From Flavobacteriaceae bacterium (GTDB lineage: Bacteria > Bacteroidota > Bacteroidia > Flavobacteriales > Flavobacteriaceae), in contig OZ245049.1 in assembly GCA_965224465.1 (NCBI GenBank), positions 1,170,001-1,202,000 of the forward strand: 32,000 nt of DNA, given 5' to 3'. Position 1 is the first letter of the stretch; the number at the start of each line of letters is the position of its first letter. Positions 16,576-25,854 of the stretch are shown piece after piece. The notes below the pieces were generated by a model, which had not been told where the DNA came from, made no database searches, and saw only the letters and a list, made by a program, of their open reading frames with translations. A program made the translations under genes and the position numbers.

Positions 16576-19038
16576 TTAGGGCTTCGTGTTTTTATTTATT
16601 GGTATAATATCTTCAATTTTGTCTTTTGAACCACCCTCTTTAAACATATCAGTTTCCTTAATCTCAATAATTTTACAATCTTTGGAGAACCAAATATATC
16701 CAAAAAAGTCTACATCAAATTCAATATTATTATCTAATTCTTCAATGTTTTTACCCCCTTTGATATACTCATCTTTAAGCTCTGTATTTGAATTTAGGTC
16801 AGATATTTTACTGTAAATATGAAGGTTTGGATTAATGTTTTCCATTTCACCCCAACGCTCTTGTGTCTTTTTTGGTAAACCGTCTATTTCTGACCAATCC
16901 CGATGTTTTACCATTGGCTTTCCAGTTTTTTCAATCAAAAACAGCGTATTATGCACCATGGAGTGCCCAGATGTGTAGCTATAGATTGGAATAGAATTAA
17001 ATCGATAATCTTCATTTCCAATTGGTTCGGTTATATTAGCATCCTTGAAATCTTTATGATACTTTATATTAATTCCAAAGCTAATTAATAAATAATCATC
17101 AGAGGAAGGATTTAATTGGCTTACGGCATCAAATATTTGTCCACTAGGCACTTCATATTTTTTGAATTTAGGTAATAAGGAAAGCTTAGTTGCGAAATGG
17201 GTATAATACTCACTTTTAATAGCTTGACCTGTAATTGAATCAGCATTTAAATGATGAACACTAGTATTATCAATAAATGCTTCTCTACTTAATAAAAAAC
17301 GAGTTCCTCTAATAACTTGCATGTATTCACTAATGGAGTCTCTATTACTTTTTTTAATATCAATCTCTGAACTAACCCTGTTTATATCATCATATGCTTT
17401 TCTAATAGAAGAAACTGTATTTGATTTTAAAGCCTCTATTTTTTCTTCTGAAAGTTCAGTAGTTTCTAATGTTTCTTGAAACCCATCTTTTATTTTAGCG
17501 GCTAATTTTTCAATATAAACTAACGGAGGTTCGACATTAATATTTTTGCAAAATTGTTTGGTAATTATATTTAAACCAAGTTTTTCTAATAAATCAGAAT
17601 TTGAAAGATGTTTTTCAATTATTTTACTAAATACTTTCAAGTTATCCTGCCATTCTTTTTTTTCACTCTGCTTTTTAGGTATTTGTGGAAGACCATGTAA
17701 TGGATGGTTACCATAATAACCAAAAGTTATATAGAGTCTAAGAAATAATAATCCAAGATATTCGCATATTACAAATTTCACATCTCTTTTATTATTCATA
17801 TTATCAAATCCCAAGTCTTTAAACCAAAAGCGTATAACTATGGAAGTGCTATGGAATCCTATTCCTAAATACGTGAAAAATAACTCAAATATACTTTGGG
17901 GATTTTGAGGTACTAATACAAAGTGAGGTGGTTGTGATTGTGTGTAAAGCCAAGCTTCTTTTAATGTTAAATATTGTTCTTTATGCATAAGGTAAGCACC
18001 AAGAGCAGTTTGTAATTGAATAAAGTACTCTCTATTTTGTGAAAACTTTTTTCGTTTTTCAATACTAACTTTTGTCTCTTTAAAGTTGTCATCATGCTCA
18101 GGATACGGAACCTTTAAATGGAAATCACAATATTGGTGTGAATTTCCCCAAAATTCTAAAACCTTTTCAGTTCTTCCCGATTCAATAACTGCTACAAGGT
18201 TTCTCCAAATAGCATTATAAGATTCTTGATGTAAAAATTGAGGTGCATGCTTCCCATAGTTCTCTGTAAAAAACACCGAGCCTATAAATGATTCAAATCT
18301 TTGGTAATAAAACTCCTCATTGGCTTTTAGGTAGGTAATTACGATATCAAATGTTCCATTATATATTTCAGGAGGGTATTGAACATATTCTTCGTTTTTT
18401 TGGTCTACAAATCTTAAGAAACCAAAAACACGATAGATATATAAATCACGAATATTATTTTCTAGTTTACGGTCTTTATTATTAATTGAATAGATAAAAA
18501 GGTCAATAATAGGGTGCCAGTAGTCAAGTATTTTTTCTTTTATTCCCCTCGAATTTTTTAGTTTTTCTCTTTCTTTAGTGTATTTGTCAAAGGTAAATCT
18601 GTTAGAATATAATTCGAACAAGTCTTGACCATTTTGATATTTTAATAATAGATTTAGATAGGGAAAAAATAGAATTAGTAGTGTTATTACAGAGATAAAA
18701 GCAACGATAAATACTCCTATTGACATTACAAAACAAAGAACAGTTAACCCTACAGATATTCTCAAATTCCAAATAAATAGTTTATGAATTTTTTCTTTCT
18801 TAAACTGATAAATAATGTGAGTGGATTTATATTGCTCATTTAACTTACTTACAGTTTGGATTATTAAAGGATATGCAATACCTAGTATTGCAGGAACAAA
18901 GGCGAGAACAATTTTAAACATTGGATTGTCAATGTATAGCCTTATAATTAAATCTTTGAGGGGTTGAAAAACGGCAACTAAAAGACCATATGATATGGAA
19001 TATATCTCTTTAATTATTTCAATAGTTTCCATATTCAT
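16576..19038 (-). CDS. Large membrane-anchored protein of unknown function
   Basis: 820-aa ORF. The N-terminal ~130 aa contain about 4 hydrophobic helices; the rest is soluble with no recognisable motif. Its stop codon is embedded in GCCCTAAC on the coding strand. Confidence 0.7.
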   Translation of the reverse strand: MNMETIEIIKEIYSISYGLLVAVFQPLKDLIIRLYIDNPMFKIVLAFVPAILGIAYPLIIQTVSKLNEQYKSTHIIYQFKKEKIHKLFIWNLRISVGLTVLCFVMSIGVFIVAFISVITLLILFFPYLNLLLKYQNGQDLFELYSNRFTFDKYTKEREKLKNSRGIKEKILDYWHPIIDLFIYSINNKDRKLENNIRDLYIYRVFGFLRFVDQKNEEYVQYPPEIYNGTFDIVITYLKANEEFYYQRFESFIGSVFFTENYGKHAPQFLHQESYNAIWRNLVAVIESGRTEKVLEFWGNSHQYCDFHLKVPYPEHDDNFKETKVSIEKRKKFSQNREYFIQLQTALGAYLMHKEQYLTLKEAWLYTQSQPPHFVLVPQNPQSIFELFFTYLGIGFHSTSIVIRFWFKDLGFDNMNNKRDVKFVICEYLGLLFLRLYITFGYYGNHPLHGLPQIPKKQSEKKEWQDNLKVFSKIIEKHLSNSDLLEKLGLNIITKQFCKNINVEPPLVYIEKLAAKIKDGFQETLETTELSEEKIEALKSNTVSSIRKAYDDINRVSSEIDIKKSNRDSISEYMQVIRGTRFLLSREAFIDNTSVHHLNADSITGQAIKSEYYTHFATKLSLLPKFKKYEVPSGQIFDAVSQLNPSSDDYLLISFGINIKYHKDFKDANITEPIGNEDYRFNSIPIYSYTSGHSMVHNTLFLIEKTGKPMVKHRDWSEIDGLPKKTQERWGEMENINPNLHIYSKISDLNSNTELKDEYIKGGKNIEELDNNIEFDVDFFGYIWFSKDCKIIEIKETDMFKEGGSKDKIEDIIPINKNTKP

Positions 19039-19070
19039 TTAACTTGTTCAATGGTCAGTGCATGAGCCCT

Positions 19071-19240
19071 AACACTAGGGCTAATAGCAGTACGACCGAA
19101 GGGTAGTATTGATTTTAGCTAATGTTGGGTGTCAGTACTTCGATTTTGTTATTCATATTGCTCAAATCTATAAAAATCTTTTTCTAGGAAGCACTATAGT
19201 ACTAGAAAAGAACCAAATAATAGGAGGATATTTCGTAACA
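19071..19240 (-). repeat. Module C (shared 5' leader), copy 1, containing an attC-like imperfect palindrome (19066-19130)
   Basis: Homologous to 21304-21470. The plus strand reads GCCCTAAC-ACTAGGGCTAATAGCAGTACGACC-GAA-GGGTAGTATTGATTTTAGCTAAT-GTTGGGT. A TAGATTTG -7-like box lies on the minus strand at 19163-19170. Confidence 0.7.
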
Positions 19241-19528
19241 GTATTTAATTCTATTTGATGTTTATTCGGAAATAAACGTAGTCTAATTAGATACAGAAAA
19301 CAACCTTTTATACTGATTATCAACTAATTACTTGATTTTGTCAAAAAAATCAACTAACTTGACTAAGTTTTTAGAACATTCCAATGTTTACAAGAGCGAT
19401 CTTGTACAGTGTAACTGTTAAAAACTTGGTTGAGACTTCAACTAACTATAATCCGTATAAAAACTCCAAATTTATCCGCAACAGCTCCTCAATTTTGTTA
19501 CGAAATCCAATTTCTTTTCTTGTATTAC

Positions 19529-20398
19529 ACCCAACACCTCTATATCCACAATAACAAGCCAAAACTTGACGTTATTTCCGTAATAGCTACAATAGCGGTG
19601 TAATACTATTTATTTTTAAATCCGCTATATACGATATACAGCGTCCTTCAAATATACAAAAAACATTCTTTTCGCACACTAACCTTTTAATTGTTTTTTA
19701 GAAAAGTTTTCAACTATAACCGCTGTTTTTTAGAATCTCAACAAGAATACTTGTTCTTATCCTAAACGTGCTGTTTTAAAATTAGTTAGTATCGTTGTTT
19801 TTACAGGGAACATCTAGGCGTATTTAGTAGTTTTCAGGTGTTTACTCCTTTGTTTAGATTGTTTTTTGACGTTTTTAACGGTGTACAGGGAAGGAATTGG
19901 AAAGATTTTGTGAATTTCTTTGAAGTTTGCGAACTGGAATAGCACCTCCCTAAATAAAGGGAAGAGACATTTTTTTGCACTAAGAGAAAGCAATAGCAAA
20001 CCACCTTAAAACATGAAAAACAAAAGGCTTAAAACAAGCATTTAAATTTAAAAAAAAGAGGTAGTCAAACCAAAAAGGACTGTCTTCAAATTATTAAAAA
20101 TACACAAAGAGCTGTTTTAACTAATAAGCAAACAAAAATAAACGTAGTCACGTAAGGGGAAACGAATGCCAAAATACTGCTGACCAATACTTATCCATAT
20201 CTAAAAACAGTAAAAACATATCCACACAAAAGAGCGTGAGAGCAAATAACCTAAAAACAAGTAGTATCTATTAAGGTCTTTGTCGATAGTCTCTTAATTA
20301 AATCTCGCAATCCCCATAGTATCATCTTTTGAGCCGGCATCCTCAACAGGATGTTTATGTTGGGTGCTACTCACCGCACGAACACTTAGTTATTGTGT
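19529..20398 (-). repeat. Type I composite intergenic repeat, copy 2
   Basis: Collinear with 14192-15060. ACCCAAC lies at 19529-19535, the hairpin CATCCT-CAAC-AGGATG at 20338-20353, GTTGGGT at 20359-20365 and GTTATTGTG at 20389-20397. It abuts the dinD stop (20403). Confidence 0.9.
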
Positions 20399-20402
20399 AG
20401 CG

Positions 20403-21239
20403 TTATTTTAGTTTTTTGGGATTTTTCAAACTTTTCTTTTCATCACTTTTTAAACGTCTGTCAATTTTACTTATGTCTTCTTCTGGAGATAAATTTTCAG
20501 GTGTAATTCCACGTGAAATTAACGTGTTTCGTACAGATTTATTATTCGTAATATGTTCCCTTGAAATTTGACTTTCAGTTCTCATATTATTCTCTTTTGC
20601 ATTGAAGATTGTAATTTCAGTAGCGAAATCTTTTGCTTTTAAAAGTATGGTAGGCATAAAATCAGCTAATGGCTTATTTTTAATTCCCCATCTATCTTTC
20701 ATTTGTTGAGTTGTCTTCCCAAATAAAGCAGTATCTCCTTTACTCCTGATTAGGGCGAAATTCTTATTGCCTCCAGTTTGTTCAAATATTATTTGAGATA
20801 ATTCTTTTTCAGTAGATTTTAATTTCTCTCTAGCTAAAACTCTTTCGTGCTCAAGCATTTTTTCCTCAATAAGTTCGGCTTTTCTAGTTTGAATAGCAAA
20901 ATAACGTTGTGCAAATGCTATTGTATTTTTTCTAGGGTCTCCGTTTTGAGTTATTAAGTAACAAGCAAATCTTGTCAACATTATATCTTCAATCTCTCTT
21001 TCACTTCCTGAGCCTAGAGTAACCATTTTGTTGACATCAACAAAATGGTCATCTATTTGCTGTTCAGAAACTTCACAAGCAGTTTTAGCTTTGTTAATTA
21101 CTAAGTTAAAGTTTCTCCATTCGTTATAGCCTAATAAATGTTGTAAGTCTCTTGCCATCCAAAATTCAACTCCATCAGATGTTTTATTGGAATGTGATTC
21201 AAAATTTTCGGTAAGGCTATGTATTATAGATGTTTTCAT
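20403..21239 (-). CDS. dinD: DNA damage-inducible protein D (DinD family)
   Basis: 278 aa. By eye, WMARDLQHLLGYNEWRNFNLVINKAKTACEVSEQQIDDHF...IMLTRFACYLITQNGDPRKNTIAFAQRYFAIQTRKAEL aligns closely with E. coli DinD (WSARQLGKLLGYSEYRHF...[36 protein letters not shown]). Confidence 0.8.
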   Translation of the reverse strand: MKTSIIHSLTENFESHSNKTSDGVEFWMARDLQHLLGYNEWRNFNLVINKAKTACEVSEQQIDDHFVDVNKMVTLGSGSEREIEDIMLTRFACYLITQNGDPRKNTIAFAQRYFAIQTRKAELIEEKMLEHERVLAREKLKSTEKELSQIIFEQTGGNKNFALIRSKGDTALFGKTTQQMKDRWGIKNKPLADFMPTILLKAKDFATEITIFNAKENNMRTESQISREHITNNKSVRNTLISRGITPENLSPEEDISKIDRRLKSDEKKSLKNPKKLK

Positions 21240-21303
21240 TCTTTAAAAATATGAATTTCAATTGTAATATCGTTGTTTTTCCTCATTTCTCCTAATGCTA
21301 CAC

Positions 21304-21470
21304 AACACTAGGGCTAATAGCAGTACGACCGAAGGGTAGTGTTGATTTTAGCCCTAGTGCTGGGTGTCAGTGCTTCAATTTTGTTATTCATATTGCTCAA
21401 ATCTATAAAAATCTTTTTCTAGGAAGCACTATAGTACTAGAAAATAACCAAATAACAGAAGGATATTTCC
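21304..21470 (-). repeat. Module C, copy 2, with the better-preserved attC-like palindrome (21300-21365)
   Basis: A 12-bp perfect inverted repeat, CACTAGGGCTAA (21306-21317) and TTAGCCCTAGTG (21348-21359), with imperfectly paired inner arms. On the coding strand it is flanked by ACCCAGC and GTTGTGT. A TAGATTTG box lies at 21398-21405 (minus strand). Confidence 0.7.
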
Positions 21471-22075
21471 ATAGACAGCTACAATAGCGGTGTAATTATA
21501 TTTAGTTTTAATTCCGCTATATACGGTATACAGCGTCCTTCAAATATACAAAAGACATCCTTTTTGCACACTACCCTTTTAATTATTTTTCAGAAAAGTT
21601 TTCAACTTTAATCGCTGTTTTTTAAAATCTCAACAAGAGTACTTGTTCTTATGATAAACATGCTGTTTAATATTAGAAAGTATCCTTGTTTCTACGGGGA
21701 GCATCTAGGCGTATTTAGTAATTTCAGGTGTTTGTTTATCTACTTACAGTCCCAAATGACCGATATAAATAGTTAGTTTACATTCTAGTGTTATTGAAAA
21801 CAGAACGATAGCCACGCAAAGAAAAATGCATACCAAAACGCTACTAACCAACAATAATCAGTATCTAAAAACAGTAAAAACATATCCCAACAAAAGAGCG
21901 TAAGAACAAATGACCTAAAACAAGTAGTATCTATTAAGGTCTTTGTCGATAGCCTCTTCATTAAATCTCGCAATCCCCATAGTATCATCTTTTGAGCCGG
22001 CATCCTCAACAGGATGTTTATGTTGGGTGCTACGCACCACACGAACACTCTTAGTTATTGTGTGTTGGCTTTATT
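21464..22075 (-). repeat. Type I repeat variant (P end truncated, centre replaced by an inverted family-B segment)
   Basis: 21470-21735 matches the type I P region from agctacaatagcgg onward. 21749-21815 is the reverse complement of the family B 3' half (ccaaatgaccgatataaatag...aacagaacgatagcc). 21850-22062 is module A (hairpin 22001-22016, GTTGGGT 22022-22028). Confidence 0.8.
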
Positions 22076-22530
22076 TGTTATTATTCTTGTTCAAACTCCA
22101 CATTTACATCAAAATATTTAGGGTTATTATTTATTTCAAATAAGTTTCCGGAAATTTCAATTCCTTTGAAATCGGGTAAAATCCTAACATTTTCATTGTT
22201 TACTTTTTTTATTTTATATGGAAATAAATATCTTGATTTAAATCTAATCATATCAGCCATAGGATTATCTTTGGTCAAAGTTGTATCTTTATTTTTCTCA
22301 GATTCTGCCAAGCCTTTAGGACTTATTTTTACAGAAAACCTTTCTCTATTGAATGTCGTATTATAAAATTTATTAAAATCAGGAATACCATTATCTTTAT
22401 CTTTTTTCATATTTTTTGTTTTGTTAGATAACAATTCTAATTCTTTAATATTCTGTCCTTTTAATTTTTCGCCAAATAATTTTAATTCTGAAACATCATC
22501 AAAAGTGTAAATGATTTTCATTTCAAATTT

Positions 22531-23520
22531 TAGGGTTACCTATTTAAATCTCACTAATATTTTGTTTTTCTGAAAGGATTTTTTACTTTTAGAAAAAGAA
22601 AGCTATGAAAATATTAAAAGAATTATCTCGTAAAGAATTTCACACTAAGTTTGGAGAAGAGAGTTTATGTTTATCTTTTTTATCATCTGTAAAATGGGAA
22701 GAAGGTTTTTCCTGTTTTAAATGTAAAAACACAAAGTTTTTAAAAGGAAAAAGAGCGTATAATAGACGTTGTACAAAATGCGGATATGATGAGTCTCCAA
22801 CTGCGAACACTCTATTTCATAAAGTTAAATTTGGTATTGTAGAAGCCTTTGAAATGACTTATGATATAGTTACCAGTAAGAAAGGAGCGAATAGTATTTG
22901 GTTAGCAGAAAGGCACGGTGTTAAACAGATGACAGCTTGGTTGTTTAGAAGAAAAGTACAAGAAGCAATGAAAAGTAGTGAGAAATATCCTTTAGAAAAA
23001 GAAGTTCATGTAGACGAGTTTGAAATAGGTACACCAAAAAAAGGAGAGCAAGGACGTAGTAAATCAGCTACTAAAATTAGAGTTGTAATTGCCATTGAAA
23101 ATAGAAATGGTAAACCAGGCAGAGCATACGCAAAGGTGATAGAAGATTATAGTTGCAAATCATTAAAACCAATATTTGAGAAACATATAAAGTTTGATGC
23201 CAATATAGTTACAGATGGCTGGTCAGGATATAAACCTTTAAAAAAGAACTTCCCAAATTTAACACAAATATTATCTAATAATGGTGAGAATTTTAAGATG
23301 CTACATTTTCAGATAAGAAACTTTAAAAATTGGTTAAGAGGCGTTCATTCGTATTGTGAGAAAGAGTATATAAATCAATACATTCAAGAGTATTTCTATC
23401 GATTTAATCGACTCAATTTTAGAGAAAACATCTTAGAAAACCTACTAAAAAGAATGTGTAAAGAAAAACCAATAACCTATAAATCAATCAAATATATTGC
23501 GACTTAAGAGGGTAACCCTA
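22531..23520 (+). mobile_element. IS1595-family insertion sequence
   Basis: Inverted ends TAGGGTTACC (22531-22540) and GGTAACCCTA (23511-23520). It is flanked by a perfect 8-bp duplication TCAAATTT (22523-22530 and 23521-23528). It carries a single transposase ORF. Confidence 0.85.
22605..23507 (+). CDS. IS1595 family transposase (N-terminal zinc ribbon + DDE domain)
   Basis: 300 aa. CFKC...CTKCG zinc-ribbon pairs, then VHVDEFEIG, VTDGWSGY and a C-terminal YIQEYFYRFNR region typical of ISXO2-like/IS1595 transposases. Confidence 0.85.
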   Translation: MKILKELSRKEFHTKFGEESLCLSFLSSVKWEEGFSCFKCKNTKFLKGKRAYNRRCTKCGYDESPTANTLFHKVKFGIVEAFEMTYDIVTSKKGANSIWLAERHGVKQMTAWLFRRKVQEAMKSSEKYPLEKEVHVDEFEIGTPKKGEQGRSKSATKIRVVIAIENRNGKPGRAYAKVIEDYSCKSLKPIFEKHIKFDANIVTDGWSGYKPLKKNFPNLTQILSNNGENFKMLHFQIRNFKNWLRGVHSYCEKEYINQYIQEYFYRFNRLNFRENILENLLKRMCKEKPITYKSIKYIAT

Positions 23521-24080
23521 TCAAATTTTTTAGATATTGAATCTGCTTTAATGTACAAACTGAAATTCTCTAATTGTTTTATTTTATCTTGTTTTTCCTT
23601 ACTTAACTTAGATATGCTGTCTTTTTTTGCATTTAAAAATTCTGAAAAAATAATTAAAGTATCTAACTGCTTATTATTTTTTCCTTCTTTAGTGTTCTTT
23701 CCCATTTTCATCATTTCAGATAGGTCAAACCCTAAACTATACCTTCCACTTCCATTAGTTTCAAATTTTGTTTCTTGAACAATTTCACAACTTGTTAGAA
23801 TGAACAATGAAATGATAAATACTATGTTAATTTTCTTCATTTATTTCGGTTTTACGCTTGTTTTTAGCTTACACACAACGATTTGTATAAGAACAATAAG
23901 GGATTAAAATGTACTCTATTTTCCGTTTATTACTTAGTGAAATTTACAATTTTTCTTTTAAAAACAGATACGAAAAATTGTAAATTTTGCGGACTTTGTA
24001 AAATGTACTAAACTTTGATTTAAGCACCAAACCCCATATTATTTTTACACGTTGTTGAACTAAACCTAAAGGTAGATTTT

Positions 24081-24835
24081 ACACCCGCTGCGCAAAGTCT
24101 CCCGACTTTGAGCCTTGTTTTCCCTAATATATTTTTATCGTAAAAAAAATTAAAATAGCTCAACAAACAGCCGATGTAGTAGCAGTCATAAAATGTATCT
24201 TATGTGCAACGAATAACTAATTAAGAGGTCATTTTACTATGAATGAAAACATGAAATATTACTCTAGGAATATAGGAATCAAAATAATAGGTATCGTTTA
24301 TCTATTTAACCGTTTAAATACTATTGTTTTGAGGTATTCAAAAATTCAACTATTATAACTTTACTAGCCGGCTATTTTGGGTACTCCAAGGGTCGGGATA
24401 TACGCTCATCTCTTCTGTATTTTTAGATTGGAGTCTCTCCGTTACACCAATCTAAAAAAAACTAAAGGGTAACCGCAGCTATCCCTAACGTAAATGAGTA
24501 TTGAGATGTTACATGTAAGAATGAAGAAATAAGAGAGGATGTAAAATACATGAATGTCCTAATTTAAATAGCCATACAAATGTTTATAAAACGCATGCCA
24601 AAAGCGCTGCTGACCAATACTTATCCGTATCTAAAAACAGTAAAAATATATCCCCACAAAAGAGCGTGAGAGCAAATAATTTAAAACAAGTGATATCTAT
24701 TAAGGTCTTTGTCAATAGCCTCTTAATAAACCTCGCAATCCCCATAGTATCATCTTTTGAGCCGGCATCCTCAACAGGATGTTTATGCTGGGCGCTACGC
24801 ACGGCACGAATACATAGTTATTGTACATAATACTT
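24081..24835 (-). repeat. Type II composite intergenic repeat, copy 1 (module E + REP-like element + module A)
   Basis: About 750 bp, nearly identical to 26267-27015. It contains hairpin CAAAGTC-TCCC-GACTTTG (24093-24110). It also has a CCAAGGGTCGGG...GCTATCCCTAACG element with an internal 12-bp-stem hairpin (TTTTTAGATTGG/CCAATCTAAAAA). Module A hairpin lies at 24766-24781. Confidence 0.9.
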
Positions 24836-24842
24836 TCTTTAT

Positions 24843-25163
24843 TCAGAATCCAAATCCGAACGGTTTTTTCCATTTCGTTATGGTTTTTAATTCTGTTGGT
24901 ATTTCCCAAATATCCAATTCCATTTTCCAATCAGTTTTATATCCTTCTGCTTTGGGGTCAAATTTTAGTTTCTCATTCTTAAATCCGTTATCCTTGAATA
25001 TATTCACAATGTGTTGTAATAGATTCCAAACGGGTTTTTCGTATTCTTCTATTGTTTGCGCTGTAAATTGGAAATAAAAGCCAGATTCCGCTCTCCAAAA
25101 TATTAGAGAAGCAGTTCCTTTGTCACATTTCGGACGGTCAATAACCCAATACAATTGGTCCAT
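24843..25163 (-). CDS. Hypothetical 106-aa protein (cassette gene; its 5' end is duplicated at 29786-29861)
   Basis: ORF MDQLYWVIDRPKCDKGTASLIFWRAESGFYFQF... with coding-like composition. Module A starts right after its stop. No domain recognised. Confidence 0.55.
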   Translation of the reverse strand: MDQLYWVIDRPKCDKGTASLIFWRAESGFYFQFTAQTIEEYEKPVWNLLQHIVNIFKDNGFKNEKLKFDPKAEGYKTDWKMELDIWEIPTELKTITKWKKPFGFGF

Positions 25164-25567
25164 CGTCTCAGTTGTAATTATCAGCTAAGAAGTATTGCTC
25201 CGCTGAATTCAGAGTTTTAAATTTCTCAAAATTAGGAATTATTTATTCGACATTCTTTTCGTCCTCATTGAATGCAAATTCGATGAAATTTCTCTTAATA
25301 AGGAATATTTTATGTGGTCGGATTATCATTTTTTTCGCATTATGTACAACGCTTAGCTAAGCGCAGTACAAGTATAAAAGTACAAACTTTCAAGCTTGCA
25401 ATTAGCCAAAGCTTTTTATTTTGTTTTATCTTCTTTTTCTAAGACCAAATCAAAAAATGTACCTCCCGTGAGACTTCGTGTTGGCGGTCTTCGTTAAATG
25501 TACTGAACTTTTGGATAATCACAAAACCCGCATTGATGTTAGGTGTATTGTACTTTCGCACTTTTAT

Positions 25568-25852
25568 TTATTCTACCGTTAATTTTATTGTTAAACCCAA
25601 TGCACTTGCTAAAAGAGCAAAATTTGACATTCGCATATCCTCTCCGTTTTCAATTCGTGAAATGTATGGTCTTTTCTTTCCAACTTTTTTTGCCAGATTT
25701 TCCTGACTCAAGTGTAATTCTTTTCGACGGTTTTTTAGGATTTCTCCGAAGTAATATGAAAATGCTTCTTCTTTAAATTTTTGACGTTCAGAAGATCCTT
25801 CCTTTCCGTAACGTTGTGCGATGAGCTCTTTTGCGTTTATTGATTTTCCCAT
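25568..25852 (-). CDS. XRE-family helix-turn-helix antitoxin (HigA-like)
   Basis: 94 aa. LKNRRKELHLSQENLAKKVGKKRPYISRIENGE is a classic Cro/C1-type HTH. Its start lies 3 nt after the stop of the upstream toxin gene. Confidence 0.8.
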   Translation of the reverse strand: MGKSINAKELIAQRYGKEGSSERQKFKEEAFSYYFGEILKNRRKELHLSQENLAKKVGKKRPYISRIENGEDMRMSNFALLASALGLTIKLTVE

Positions 25853-25854
25853 GA

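Larger units (their letters stand above)
22081..23840 (-). pseudogene. Lipoprotein gene split by the IS1595-family insertion
   Basis: Removing 22531-23520 and one TSD copy joins track ORF 23484..23840 (MKKINIVFIISLFILTSC..., lipobox) in frame to track ORF 22081..22521. The junction reads ...ADSISKKFE-MKIIYTFDD..., giving a ~254-aa protein. Confidence 0.8.

Noticed and set aside
21791-22048. ORFs lying in module A copies (21791..22048, 24584..24802, 24712..24930, 21943..22143)
   Set aside because: They sit in the conserved noncoding module A. The frames are not preserved between copies, and the composition is not coding-like.
24240-24360. 39-aa plus-strand ORF (MNENMKYYSRNIGIKIIGIVYLFNRLNTIVLRYSKIQLL) in both type II repeats
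   Set aside because: The two copies are identical in this stretch, so there is no evolutionary signal. The diverged copy after hrpB (8541 onward) lacks the start and does not keep the frame. It is probably a chance ORF in AT-rich DNA.
25243-25329. 28-aa micro-ORF (MIIRPHKIFLIKRNFIEFAFNEDEKNVE) upstream of the 106-aa gene, also open in the duplicate near 29945-30030
   Set aside because: All five nucleotide differences between the two copies are nonsynonymous, so there is no sign of purifying selection on the peptide.
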